Shown here: piece after piece, positions 1-11,205 of the stretch
How positions within the stretch are numbered: the first letter of the stretch is position 1
How the letters are laid out: each line of letters starts with the position of its first letter
NCBI GenBank assembly: GCA_965223415.1
Contig: OZ245002.1
Coordinates: forward strand, 4,064,001 to 4,128,000
Direction of reading: 5' to 3'
Origin: Myxococcota bacterium
GTDB taxonomy: Bacteria > Myxococcota_A > UBA9160 > UBA6930
Length of the DNA stretch: 64,000 nucleotides
The notes under the pieces: generated by a model
What the model was told of the DNA's origin: nothing
Seen by the model: the letters and a program-made list of their open reading frames with translations, nothing else
The model's database searches: none
Translations under genes and position numbers: made by a program

Positions 1-67
1 TGGGACGCCGCCACCACGGCGAGGGTCGGGAGGGCCAGCAGCACGCCGGCCCACAGCAGCGCGCGCC

Positions 68-71
<4 letters not shown>
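1..71 (-). CDS. N-terminal fragment of an exported protein, possibly CcmH-like; cut by the window edge
   Basis: ATG at 71-69 overlaps the ccmF TGA (ATGA). It reads MRRALLWAGVLLALPTLAVVAAS, which looks like a signal peptide. Identity is inferred from position only. Confidence 0.4.
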
Positions 72-2038
<1,967 letters not shown>

Positions 2039-2044
2039 GCCCGG

Positions 2045-2506
2045 TCAGCTCGAGGTGCCGAGCGGGTCGGAGCCCGGCGGCTCCTGGCCCTCGAACTTGG
2101 ACGGGCACTTGGCCAGCACGTTCGTGGCGTGGAAGGTCGTGTCGCCGTTCGTCGCCGGATGGAGGCGCCCCTCCACGACGACCTCGGCGCCGTCCTTGAA
2201 GAGGTCCGGCGTCTCGAGGCTCGCGTACACGACTGTCATCATCGCGCCGGCTTCGCCGCCGGCGTGGGGCGGTGTGCTCTGAACGCGGAAGCTCACCTGA
2301 CGGGCGTCGACGTCGCGCTCGATCGAGCCGTCCGCCACGTAGCCGTGCACCCGCACCGCGCGGCTGCTGGCGGCCGCCGCGGCCTGGAACTCCTCGAGGG
2401 TCTGGTAGTAGGCGAAGGACGCCTCCTCGACCTGCGTCGCCCCGTACCAGCCGAGCAGCGCCGCCACCAACGCGCCGCCAATGGCGATCTGGATCCCCTT
2501 CGACAT
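2045..2506 (-). CDS. ccmE: Heme chaperone CcmE, Cys-type variant (LAKCPSKF)
   Basis: N-terminal TM anchor, YY motif, PDLFKDGAEVVVEG and C-terminal AKCPSKF. Start refined to ATG 2506 (MSKGIQ). Confidence 0.9.
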   Translation of the reverse strand: MSKGIQIAIGGALVAALLGWYGATQVEEASFAYYQTLEEFQAAAAASSRAVRVHGYVADGSIERDVDARQVSFRVQSTPPHAGGEAGAMMTVVYASLETPDLFKDGAEVVVEGRLHPATNGDTTFHATNVLAKCPSKFEGQEPPGSDPLGTSS

Positions 2507-2596
2507 GGCTCGCAAGCTATCCCCTGGTCTCTCCGCCGTCAAACGGCGGCGAGGCTGAAACCCCTTGAAATCCAATCAGTTGCGCCGGCCTCGTGC

Positions 2597-2625
2597 TTGA
2601 CACGTGGGACCCCCGGGGCTACCCC
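2597..2625 (+). promoter_or_regulatory. Putative sigma70 promoter (TTGACA-N17-TACCCC) of a probably leaderless aminotransferase mRNA
   Basis: Exact TTGACA at 2597-2602, 17-nt spacer, weak -10 at 2620-2625, then 6 nt to GTG 2632. Confidence 0.4.
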
Positions 2626-2631
2626 GGCCCC

Positions 2632-3774
2632 GTGCGCATCTCGCCCCACGTCAACGCCCTCGAGCCCTTCCTCGCCATGGAGCTGATGGAGCGGGCCTTC
2701 GCCCTGGAGCGAGAGGGGGCTTCGGTGGTGCATCTCGAGATCGGCCAGCCGGACTTCGCGCCGCCCCCGGCTGCCATCGCCGCCTGTGCCGAGGCGGTGC
2801 AATCGGGAAGGACCCACTACACGGACAGCCGGGGCCTGCCCGCGCTGCGCGAGGCGATCGCCGCGGACAAGGGGCGTCGCACAGGGGGGTCGGTCGATCC
2901 GGCCCGGGTGATCGTGACGAGCGGCACGTCCCCGGCCATGTTGATGGTCTTCGGCCTGCTCCTCGAGCCCGGCGGCGAGGTGATCGTCCCCTCGCCCCAC
3001 TACCCCTGCTACCCGAACTTCGTGCGCTTCTGCGGGGGCGTGCCGGTCTTCGTGCCCTGTGACCCCGCCGCTGGTTACGCCGTGGACCCGGACGCGGTGC
3101 GAGCCGCCGTGACGCCCCGCACCCGGGCCATCGTGGTGGGCACGCCCGCCAACCCCACCGGGGCCATCCAGTCCCGCGAGACGATGGCCGCCCTGGCCGG
3201 CCTCGGTGTGCCCCTCGTCAGCGACGAGATCTACGACGGCCTGGTCTACGAGGGCGCGCGGGTCACGTCGGCCCTCGAGGTGACCGATGACGCCTTCGTC
3301 CTGGACGGCTTCTCCAAGCGCTACGCGATGACCGGCTTCCGCCTGGGCTACGCCATCGCCCCGGAGGCCGCCATGCGCAGCCTGCAGACGGTGCAGCAGA
3401 ACCTCTTCATCTCCGCCAGCGAGTTCGTCCAGCGCGCCGGCGTCGCGGCACTGGAGCACGGCGCGGCGACGGTGGAGGCCGCCCTCGCGAGCTTGGCCCC
3501 GCGACGGCGGCTGCTGACCTCTGGCCTGCGGCAGATCGGGTTCGAGATCCCCGTGGAGCCCGAGGGCGCCTTTTACGTGTTCGCCGACGCGCGCCGCTTC
3601 GGCGAGGACTCGCTCGCCCTGGCCCACGACCTCCTCGACCGCGCCCACGTCGCCGCGACCCCGGGCATCGATTTCGGCGAGGCGGGCGAGGGGCACCTGC
3701 GCTTCTGCTATGCGGCGTCGGAAGAGGACATCCGAGAGGCGCTCCGGCGCCTCGCCGGCCACCTGGCCGCCTAG
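2632..3774 (+). CDS. PLP-dependent aminotransferase class I/II (AspC-like)
   Basis: Motifs IGQPDF, YTDSRGLPALR, PANPTG, SDEIY and GFSKRYAMTGFRLG (PLP lysine). Start refined to GTG 2632. Confidence 0.9.
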   Translation: MRISPHVNALEPFLAMELMERAFALEREGASVVHLEIGQPDFAPPPAAIAACAEAVQSGRTHYTDSRGLPALREAIAADKGRRTGGSVDPARVIVTSGTSPAMLMVFGLLLEPGGEVIVPSPHYPCYPNFVRFCGGVPVFVPCDPAAGYAVDPDAVRAAVTPRTRAIVVGTPANPTGAIQSRETMAALAGLGVPLVSDEIYDGLVYEGARVTSALEVTDDAFVLDGFSKRYAMTGFRLGYAIAPEAAMRSLQTVQQNLFISASEFVQRAGVAALEHGAATVEAALASLAPRRRLLTSGLRQIGFEIPVEPEGAFYVFADARRFGEDSLALAHDLLDRAHVAATPGIDFGEAGEGHLRFCYAASEEDIREALRRLAGHLAA

Positions 3775-5996
3775 CATCTTCCGGCGGGTGCTACCTCCAC
3801 CGGGATCCCGTTCGCGATGCTGGTGTTCGACCAGGGGTCGAGGGCCTCCTCGTCGGTCAGCACGTTGCTGTTCACGCCGGGCTGGCGGGAGGCGGCGACG
3901 CCGAGGCGTGTCTCCGCCTCGGAGTGACCGAAGCCGTGAGGCAGGCTCACGACGCCGGGCATCATGTCGTCGCTGAGCTCCACCGGTGCCTCCACCGCGC
4001 CCACCCGGGAGCGGACGCGCGCGCGGCCGCCGGCGGTGAGGCCCAGGCGGGCGGCGTCCTCGGGGTGGACGAGCAGGCTGCAGCGCTCGCGCCCCCTGGC
4101 GAGCACGGGCAGGTTGTGGAGCCAGGAGTTCATGTTCCGGGTCTGGCGGCGGCCGACGAGGAGCAGGCTGCCGTCGCCCCGGCCGGCCTCGAGCCGCGCC
4201 CGCAGCCGCGGTAGGTCGCGGAGCAGGTAGGGGTGGGCCAGGGGGATCCGCCGGCCCGGCGTGCGCAGGATGTCCGGGAGCCGCGGCTCCATGGCGCCGA
4301 GGTCGACGGCGTGGGGCACGGCGCGCAGCTTCGCGAGGGAGAGGCCCGGGGCGTCGTCGTCGAAGCCGTCGCCGTAGGGGCCGGCGCGCAGCATCAGGTC
4401 CACCCGTCGCATCGGGCCGGGCTCGCGGCCGAGCTTCTCCCGGGCCAGGCCCGCCGGCACGTGCTCGGCCGGCAGGCCCGGCTTGCCGACGAAGCGCGCC
4501 AGGTCGGCCTCGAAGAGCTGCTCGTCGAGGGCGGCGGCGGGGGTTCCGAGCAGCCGGGCGGCCAGCTCGAGCTGCACCTTCCACTGGGGCCAGGCGTCGT
4601 CTCGGGGCTCGAACACCGCCGGCGACCAGCGGGCGAAGTTCCGCACCGTCGTGCTCTGGGTGAGGAAGTCGAAGTTCTCGTGCTCGAGCTGCGGGGCGTT
4701 GGGCAGGATCACGTCCGCGTGGCGGGTGGTCTCGTTCAGGTAGATGTCGAGGCTCACCATGAACTCGAGCTGGCCGAGCGCCTTCGCGAGGCGGGTGCCG
4801 TTCGGCGTCGAGAGCACCGGGTTGCCGGCGACGGTGACGAGGGCGCGGATCCGCCGTTCGCCCGCCGCGTCGATCTCCTCGGCCAGGGCGGCGCAGGGGA
4901 GCTGGCTCTCGATCTCCGGGATGCCGCGGGCCGCCGTCTTCCAGCGCCCGATCTCGAGCTCCGGGCCCGGCCCGCCCGGCTCGTGCTGCCCCGTGGCCGG
5001 CCGCGGGAACATCATGCCGCCGGGCTCGTCGAAGTGCCCAGTGAGGATGCCGAGCACGTCGACGAGCCAGCTGGCCAGGAGGCCGAACTCCACGGTGCAG
5101 GTGCCGATGCGTCCGTAGCAGCAGGCGCGCTCCGTCGCAGCGAACTCCCGAGCGATGCGGCGGGTCGTCCTCGGCGCGATGCCCGTCGCGTCCGCCACGG
5201 CTTCCGGGGAGAAGGACAGGGCCTCGGCGCGGAGGGCGTCCACACCGTCGGTAAAGGCGGCGAAGCGGCCGAGACGCACGAGGCCCTCTTCGAACACCAC
5301 GTGCACCAGGGCCAGCAGGAAGAGCGCGTCGGTGCCGGGCCGGATGAAGAGGTGCTCGTCCGCCTCGCGTGCCGTCTCGGTACGGCGCGGGTCGACGATC
5401 ACCAGCTTGCCGCGACGGCGGATCGCCCGCAGGCGCCTACGCACGTCCGGCGCGGACATGAGACTTCCCTGGGACACGAGCGGGTTCGCCCCGAGGCACA
5501 GGAAGTAGTCGCAGCGGTCGATGTCCGGGATCGGCAGGATCGAGCTCTTGCCGAAGAGCACGCGGGCCGCGACGAGCTTGGGCTGGTGATCCATGGTGGC
5601 GCCGGAGAAGGCGCGGGGCGTCGCGAGCACGCCGGCGAGAGCCCGGTTGTAGAGCATGGCGCCGACGTCGAAGCCCGTCGGGTTGCCGATGTACATGCCG
5701 ACGGCGTCAGCGCCGTGGGCGTCGCGCACGGTGCGCAGGCCGTCGGCAGCGACGTCGATCGCCTCGTCCCAGTCCAGCTCGGTCCAGCCGCCGGCGGTTC
5801 GCCGAAGCGGCCGGCGGAGCCGGTCCGGGTCCTCGTACACGCCGGAGAGGGCGTAGGCCTTCGGGCAGAGGTGGCCCCGGCTGCGCGGATCGTCCGGATC
5901 CCCCTCGATCCGCAGCACCTGGCGTGGGGCGGGATCCACCTTCACCCGCAGCCCGCACATGGCCTCGCAGATCGGGCAGGAGCGGTGCTTCCACAT
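3771..5996 (-). CDS. Molybdopterin-dependent oxidoreductase (DMSO reductase family) with N-terminal 4Fe-4S motif
   Basis: CPICEAMC...GHLCPK, GANPLVSQ, VDPRRTETA, YLNETTRHADVILP, and a C-terminal molybdopterin-binding domain (HPEDA...PGVVSLPHG). Confidence 0.9.
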   Translation of the reverse strand: MWKHRSCPICEAMCGLRVKVDPAPRQVLRIEGDPDDPRSRGHLCPKAYALSGVYEDPDRLRRPLRRTAGGWTELDWDEAIDVAADGLRTVRDAHGADAVGMYIGNPTGFDVGAMLYNRALAGVLATPRAFSGATMDHQPKLVAARVLFGKSSILPIPDIDRCDYFLCLGANPLVSQGSLMSAPDVRRRLRAIRRRGKLVIVDPRRTETAREADEHLFIRPGTDALFLLALVHVVFEEGLVRLGRFAAFTDGVDALRAEALSFSPEAVADATGIAPRTTRRIAREFAATERACCYGRIGTCTVEFGLLASWLVDVLGILTGHFDEPGGMMFPRPATGQHEPGGPGPELEIGRWKTAARGIPEIESQLPCAALAEEIDAAGERRIRALVTVAGNPVLSTPNGTRLAKALGQLEFMVSLDIYLNETTRHADVILPNAPQLEHENFDFLTQSTTVRNFARWSPAVFEPRDDAWPQWKVQLELAARLLGTPAAALDEQLFEADLARFVGKPGLPAEHVPAGLAREKLGREPGPMRRVDLMLRAGPYGDGFDDDAPGLSLAKLRAVPHAVDLGAMEPRLPDILRTPGRRIPLAHPYLLRDLPRLRARLEAGRGDGSLLLVGRRQTRNMNSWLHNLPVLARGRERCSLLVHPEDAARLGLTAGGRARVRSRVGAVEAPVELSDDMMPGVVSLPHGFGHSEAETRLGVAASRQPGVNSNVLTDEEALDPWSNTSIANGIPVEVAPAGRC

Positions 5997-6005
5997 GCCG
6001 GCAGC

Positions 6006-7601
6006 CTACCGCGGTTGTTCCGTCTCCAGGAAGCCACGGGTATCGGCGCGGAGCGCCGGCGGCGGCCGGATGCCGTAGAAGCGCCAGGCCGCGAGGAGCT
6101 CGGGCAGCGGGCGTCGTGGGCCCGTGGCGAGCCGGAAGGTGGCGTCGGTGCGAAACGCCGTGCAGGTCTCGCAGCGGAAGACGGCCAGCTCCTCTACGTG
6201 CTCGAAGTGCTCCGCCAGGGTCTCCAGGGGAAGGTGGATCGCGAGTACCGCGTCGCGACCGGCGGCGGCGTCCGTCCAAAAGGCGTAGGCGTTGTGGGGG
6301 GCCACGACGGGCAGGCTGTCGCGATCGCGGCCGTAGTACTCGATGACCGAGGCCTCGACCCAGTGGGGCGCGAGCAGCACGGCGCGCTCGCGGGTCGCGG
6401 CGGGCAGCCCGTCCCACGCCGCCAGCGCCTCCGCGGCGAAGCGATCCCACTCCAGTCGGCCCGCGAGGAAGAGAGGCAGGTCCGAGCCGACGTCGCCGAC
6501 CTCGATGTCCGGCTCCTCGCCGATCGCCTCGAAGACCTCCACCACGCCTCGGGGCGAGAGGATCGGGAGTACGCCGAGGGCGCTGCCGATGCCGGACGCC
6601 AGCAGCGCCAGCACGACCACGCCCCGCAGGAGCGGTGCGAGGCGCGGGCGCCACAGGTCCCACACCACCGCGCCGGCAGCGAGGGCGATCGGGTAGGCGC
6701 CCGCCATGCGGTCGACCCGGCGCTGGCCAGCGAAGAGGATGACCGCCAGCAGCACGGCGAAGGCGATGCCCAGGGCACGCCAGGGCCGCCCGGCCCGAGC
6801 GAACAGCAGCCAGGCGAGCCCGGGCACCCAGAGCAGCAGGTTGACCGGGTTCATGCCGTAGGTGTGGATCTCGAGGGCCTCCCCGACGGTGGCGTCCAGA
6901 ATGCCCTCGCGGCGGTTGGCGTAGAACGCGAGGGACGGCCATTCGTTCACCGCGTTCCAGTAGAGGTTCGGCGCCGCGATCAAGAGCGCCAGGGCCGCTC
7001 CCCACCAGAGATGGGAGGCGCGCAGCTGGGCGCGCATCGGGGTGAGCGCGAACCCCACGCCGAGGGCGAAGGCGAACAGCAGGAAGGTGTGCTTGGAGAG
7101 GAGTGCGACGCCCGCGACCGCACCGAAGGCCAGCCATCCGCGGGTGTCCCCGGTGCGCGCGAGCTCCGCGACGATCCACGCCGCGCAGGCCCAGAGCAGC
7201 AGCTCCAGCGGGTTCACAGAGTGGAAGCTCCAGAACACCAGGTCGATCGGGACCACGGCGATCGCCAGGCCGGCGAGCAGCTGGCCGAAGGTGCCGGCAC
7301 CGAAGGTGCGCGCGAGACGTCCCGTGACGAAGACCGTGCCCACCCCGCAGGCGGCCGGGACCACCGCGAAGCCCAGCGGCCCGTCGCCGAACAGCGCCAG
7401 GCTCACCGCCAGGATCCAGGAGGCGAGGGGCGGATGGTCGACGTAGCCGAGCTCGAAGCGCTGGGCGCCGGCCCAGTAGTAGAGCTCGTCGTGGAACAGG
7501 CCCCAGGGCGGGGCGAAGGCGCTCCACAGCAGGACGCCGGCCAGGACGAGGGCGAGGGTCAGCAGGCCGAGATCGGCGGCGCGCTGCCTGCCGGCGCCCA
7601 T
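6006..7601 (-). CDS. GT39/ArnT-like membrane glycosyltransferase
   Basis: FHDELYY...GYVDHPPL, LLSKHT, PNLYW and many TM helices. Start refined to ATG 7601. Confidence 0.85.
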   Translation of the reverse strand: MGAGRQRAADLGLLTLALVLAGVLLWSAFAPPWGLFHDELYYWAGAQRFELGYVDHPPLASWILAVSLALFGDGPLGFAVVPAACGVGTVFVTGRLARTFGAGTFGQLLAGLAIAVVPIDLVFWSFHSVNPLELLLWACAAWIVAELARTGDTRGWLAFGAVAGVALLSKHTFLLFAFALGVGFALTPMRAQLRASHLWWGAALALLIAAPNLYWNAVNEWPSLAFYANRREGILDATVGEALEIHTYGMNPVNLLLWVPGLAWLLFARAGRPWRALGIAFAVLLAVILFAGQRRVDRMAGAYPIALAAGAVVWDLWRPRLAPLLRGVVVLALLASGIGSALGVLPILSPRGVVEVFEAIGEEPDIEVGDVGSDLPLFLAGRLEWDRFAAEALAAWDGLPAATRERAVLLAPHWVEASVIEYYGRDRDSLPVVAPHNAYAFWTDAAAGRDAVLAIHLPLETLAEHFEHVEELAVFRCETCTAFRTDATFRLATGPRRPLPELLAAWRFYGIRPPPALRADTRGFLETEQPR

Positions 7602-7671
7602 CGGCGCTGTGTCTCCCAAGCTCGTCTCCCGGCGCGGGGAGAGCGTAGGCCATGGGCTAGCTTCGCGTCGG

Positions 7672-8322
7672 ATGCAGCTCTTCACCTACCACGGCTCCTC
7701 GGCGAGCTACCGGGTGCGGATCGCCCTCGAGTGGAAGGGCATTCCGCGAGAGGATGTCTTCGTCGACATCCGCGAGGGTGCGCACTTCGCCGACGACTAC
7801 CGTCGCCTCAACCCGAACGCGCGGGTGCCCTACCTCGTCGACGGCGAGGTGCGGGCCGGCCAGGCCCTCGCGATCCTCGAGTACCTGGAAGAGGCCTACC
7901 CGAAGCCGCCGCTGCTGCCCGCCGACGCCGCGGGACGGGCGCGGGTGCGCGAGCTGGCGCTGCTCGTCGTCGCGGACGTCCAGCCGCTCCAGAACATGGG
8001 GCCGATGGCGTTCCTCCACGACCCGCTCGGCGTGGACCGCGACGGCAGCGCGCGCTGGTACCTGCACTGGGTGTCCCGCGGTCTCGCCGCCTTCGAGTCG
8101 ATGCTCGCCGACCACTCGGCGACCGGTCGCTTCTGTCACGGGGATGCGCCGACGCTGGCCGACGTCTGCGTGGTGCCCCAGCTCGTCAACTGGACCCGCA
8201 AGGGCGGCGGACGCCTCGATGATTGGCCGAACCTGGCCCGGGTGTTCGATGCGTGCCAGGCCCTCGAGGCGTTCCAGCGGGCGGATCCGCTGGTGCAGCC
8301 GGACGCGCCGCCGGCCTCGTGA
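7672..8322 (+). CDS. maiA: Maleylacetoacetate isomerase (GST zeta class)
   Basis: SSASYRVRIAL, NPNARVP, AILEYLEE, DVQPLQN and TLADVC motifs. Confidence 0.85.
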   Translation: MQLFTYHGSSASYRVRIALEWKGIPREDVFVDIREGAHFADDYRRLNPNARVPYLVDGEVRAGQALAILEYLEEAYPKPPLLPADAAGRARVRELALLVVADVQPLQNMGPMAFLHDPLGVDRDGSARWYLHWVSRGLAAFESMLADHSATGRFCHGDAPTLADVCVVPQLVNWTRKGGGRLDDWPNLARVFDACQALEAFQRADPLVQPDAPPAS

Positions 8323-9092
8323 CGCCGGGCCGCGAGCCGGAAACCCCGTCGGCCTTCTACTCGGGGCTCGTGGCCGAGCTCTACGACGCGTTGGTGGGGG
8401 AGCGGGCCGCTGCGGGGGCCTACGCTCCGTTCCTCGACCGCAGCGGAACCCCGGCCCTCGAGCTGGCCTGCGGCTCCGGCCGGCCGATGCTGGACCTCCT
8501 CGCGCGGGGCTACGAGGTGGAGGGCCTCGACGCCTCCGCCGACATGCTCGAGCGCTGCCGTGCGGAGGCGGCCGCGAGCGGCCTCGCGCCGACCCTCCAC
8601 CTCGCGGAGATGCAGTCGTTCCGCTTGCCGCGGCGCTACCGGTCGATCTTCCTGGCCGGTGCCAGCTTCAACCTGCTCACCACGGACGAAGACGCCGCCG
8701 CGGCGCTCGGCTGCATGCACGCGCACCTCGAAGCGGGCGGGAGCGCGCTGGTCCCCCTGGAGGTGCCGGACGCCGACGCCGTCGGGCGTCAAGTCGGCCA
8801 GTGGCGGGAGGTCACGGACGCGTCCGGGTGCAGGCTCGCGGTGGAGTGGCGGAGCGGAGAGCTGTCGGAGGACGGGCGCGACGTCGCCCAACGCCTTCGC
8901 TACGAGCGGATTCCCCCGGTCGGCGAGCCGTCGATCGTCGAGCGCACCTGGCGGAAGCGCTCGTGGAGGCAGGCCCCGTTCCGCGAGCTGGCGCTCGCCG
9001 CCGGCTTCGACGAGCCGTCCTTCCGCGCGCCGACCGGCGGCCCGGCCGAGCCCGACGCCGGACTCTTCGTGGCCCTGCTGCGTCCCCGCTAG
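8319..9092 (+). CDS. Class I SAM-dependent methyltransferase
   Basis: LELACGSGR motif I and GLDASADML; GTGA overlap with maiA. Confidence 0.85.
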   Translation: MTPGREPETPSAFYSGLVAELYDALVGERAAAGAYAPFLDRSGTPALELACGSGRPMLDLLARGYEVEGLDASADMLERCRAEAAASGLAPTLHLAEMQSFRLPRRYRSIFLAGASFNLLTTDEDAAAALGCMHAHLEAGGSALVPLEVPDADAVGRQVGQWREVTDASGCRLAVEWRSGELSEDGRDVAQRLRYERIPPVGEPSIVERTWRKRSWRQAPFRELALAAGFDEPSFRAPTGGPAEPDAGLFVALLRPR

Positions 9093-9104
9093 CCTCTCCC
9101 CGGG

Positions 9105-9572
9105 ATGGGCACCTTCCCCCAGCACGGCGGCTGTCTGTGCGGCGACCTTCGCTACACGGTCGCCGCGGACCCCGTCACCCTCTATGCCTGCCACTGCACC
9201 GATTGCCAGCGCGAGACGGGCTCGGGCTTCGCGCTGCTCATGGTCGTCGGCCGCGACGCCTTCCAGCTCGATGCGGGGCAGCCCGCCGCGTTCACCACGG
9301 AGCTCGCCGACGGACGCACGAAGGGCGCCTTCTACTGCGGCCGATGTGTCACGACGCTCTACGGACAGTCCCCCGAGAGCCCGTTCGTGGTCCTCGAGGC
9401 CGGCACCCTCGACGACACCTCCTGGCTCCGCCCCGCCGGCCACATCTGGACCCGCAGCGCCCAGCCGTGGGTCCGCTTCGACGACGATGCGCTCCGGTTC
9501 GCGGAGGCGCCCGGAGACGAGGGCCTCGTGGCGCTGGCCCGCGCGTGGAAGTCGCGGCCGGGGCGCGAGTAG
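9105..9572 (+). CDS. GFA family (glutathione-dependent formaldehyde-activating/CENP-V) Zn protein
   Basis: GGCLCG, CHCTDCQR, FYCGRC and HIWTRSAQPW. Confidence 0.9.
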   Translation: MGTFPQHGGCLCGDLRYTVAADPVTLYACHCTDCQRETGSGFALLMVVGRDAFQLDAGQPAAFTTELADGRTKGAFYCGRCVTTLYGQSPESPFVVLEAGTLDDTSWLRPAGHIWTRSAQPWVRFDDDALRFAEAPGDEGLVALARAWKSRPGRE

Positions 9573-9575
9573 GGA

Positions 9576-9983
9576 GTGGGGCGTCCTCAGCAGGCCGTCG
9601 TCGGTGTGATCCTGAGAGGCCGGCGCGTCCTCGTCATCCAGCGAGGGCCCACCGCCGTTCTTCCCGGGTACTGGAGCCCGCCGAGCGGGCGGATCGAGCC
9701 TGGCGAAACCCAGGAGGACACGGTGGTCCGGGAGATGCAGGAAGAGCTCGGCCTGGAGGTGCGGCCCTGGGCGAAGGTGTGGGAGTGCCCGACCGACGAC
9801 GGTCGTTTTCAGCTCCATTGGTGGCTGGTCGAGGAAGACGGTGGCGACCCGCGTCCCGATCCCGGCGAAGTGAGCGCAACGAAGTGGGTCGATGCCGACG
9901 AGTTCGACGATCTCACGCCGACGTTTCAGGGAGATCGGGAGTTCTTCCGCGCGGTGCTGCCCACGCTCCAGGCCGGCGTCTAG
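9576..9983 (+). CDS. NUDIX hydrolase
   Basis: Nudix box GRIEPGETQEDTVVREMQEELGL. Its stop TAG is the IS630 insertion site. Confidence 0.9.
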   Translation: MGRPQQAVVGVILRGRRVLVIQRGPTAVLPGYWSPPSGRIEPGETQEDTVVREMQEELGLEVRPWAKVWECPTDDGRFQLHWWLVEEDGGDPRPDPGEVSATKWVDADEFDDLTPTFQGDREFFRAVLPTLQAGV

Positions 9984-11079
9984 AGAGCTTCGCGTAATAG
10001 AGTGACAGTGGTATCTTCTGCCGTGGGAGGTGGGGGATGGCACGTCGTGACTTTGAGGGGCTGGAGAAGCGTCGCATGCGCGCGGTGCGGCTGTTCGAGC
10101 AAGGCGAGAGCCAGGCCAGCGTCGCGCGGCGGTTGCAGGTGAGTCGTACGACGGCGATGCGCTGGGCGCAGGCGTTGGAGGAGGAGGGGCGCGAGGGGCT
10201 TCGAGCCGCGGGTCGCGCAGGGCGGAAGCCGCGGCTTTCCGCCGAGCAGCTCGAAGACGTGGAAGTCGCGCTCCTGGAGGGACCGGTCGCGTCGGGCTAT
10301 GCGACGGCGTACTGGACGCTGCCCCGCGTGACCGAGGTGATCGAGCGCGTCACAGAGGAGCGCTTCCACCCCGGTCACGTCTGGCGCCTGTTGCGCAAGC
10401 TCGGCTGGTCACGTCAGAAGCCGACGACCCGGGCGCGGGAGCGCGATGACGCGGCCATCGAGCGTTGGGTGAAGACGACGTGGCCGGTGCTAAGAAAACA
10501 CGCCACAATGCCACGATCGTCTTCCTCGACGAGAGCGGCTTCTCGGAGCGGCCGTCGGTCCAACGGACCTGGGCGCCGCGGGGCCAAACGCCGGTCCTGA
10601 CGCATCGCTTCGGCCACTGGAAGCACCTCTCGGCGATCGGAGCCCTGGCCTACTCACCTCATGGCCGCCGCGCCCGCTTCTTCCTCGGACTGGTTCCCGG
10701 CGCCGTCCGGTCCGAGCACATCATCCGCTTCCTCCAGCGGCTGCACCGCCATCACCGCGGCCTCTGATCGTGATCTGGGACGGCGTCAATCCGCACCGCA
10801 GCCGCGCGACGCTGGCCTTCGCCGAACGCGAGCAGCACTGGCTCACGCTGGTCCGCCTCCCCGCCTACGCTCCTGATCTCAACCCCGTGGAAGGCGCGTG
10901 GTCGTGGTTCAAGCGCACGGTCTCGGCCAACTTCTGCCCTGAAGGCCTCGGCCCCTTGGTTCGGACTCTGCGCCTGGCACGGCGCCGACTGACACGCCGC
11001 CGGCCACTCTTGCTGGGCTTCCTCCACAAGAGCGGCCTTTCCTTGCCCTGACCGTCACTATATTACGCGAGATTCTCTA
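9981..11079 (+). mobile_element. IS630-family insertion sequence with terminal inverted repeats and TA target duplication
   Basis: Left end TA-GAGAGCTTCGCGTAATAGAGTGACAGT. Right end, reverse-complemented, TA-GAGAATCTCGCGTAATATAGTGACGGT. TA at 9981-82 and 11078-79. Confidence 0.92.
10037..11051 (+). pseudogene. IS630 transposase split over three reading frames
   Basis: HTH/winged-helix part (WTLPRV...LGWSRQKP), then FLDESG after a -1 shift near 10490-10499, then IWDG...LPAYAPDLNPVE after a second shift near 10760. Confidence 0.85.
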
Positions 11080-11205
11080 GCCGAGTGCGCCGGTCGGAGG
11101 TGCGGGAGGCCCGGGCGCAGCCCCTGTTGCCGGTCTGCGGGCTCAAGGCCACGCGTAGCGCTGCGGCACCCGCCGTGGATCCCTACCCGCCCACCGGGAG
11201 TGGCC

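Noticed and set aside
4233..8222. 1329-aa plus-strand ORF and many similar long alternative-frame or antisense ORFs (e.g. 107-1744, 7754-9997, 18961-21267, 51512-53527)
   Set aside because: They are Arg/Gly/Pro-rich shadow ORFs expected at very high GC, and they overlap genes with clear family motifs.
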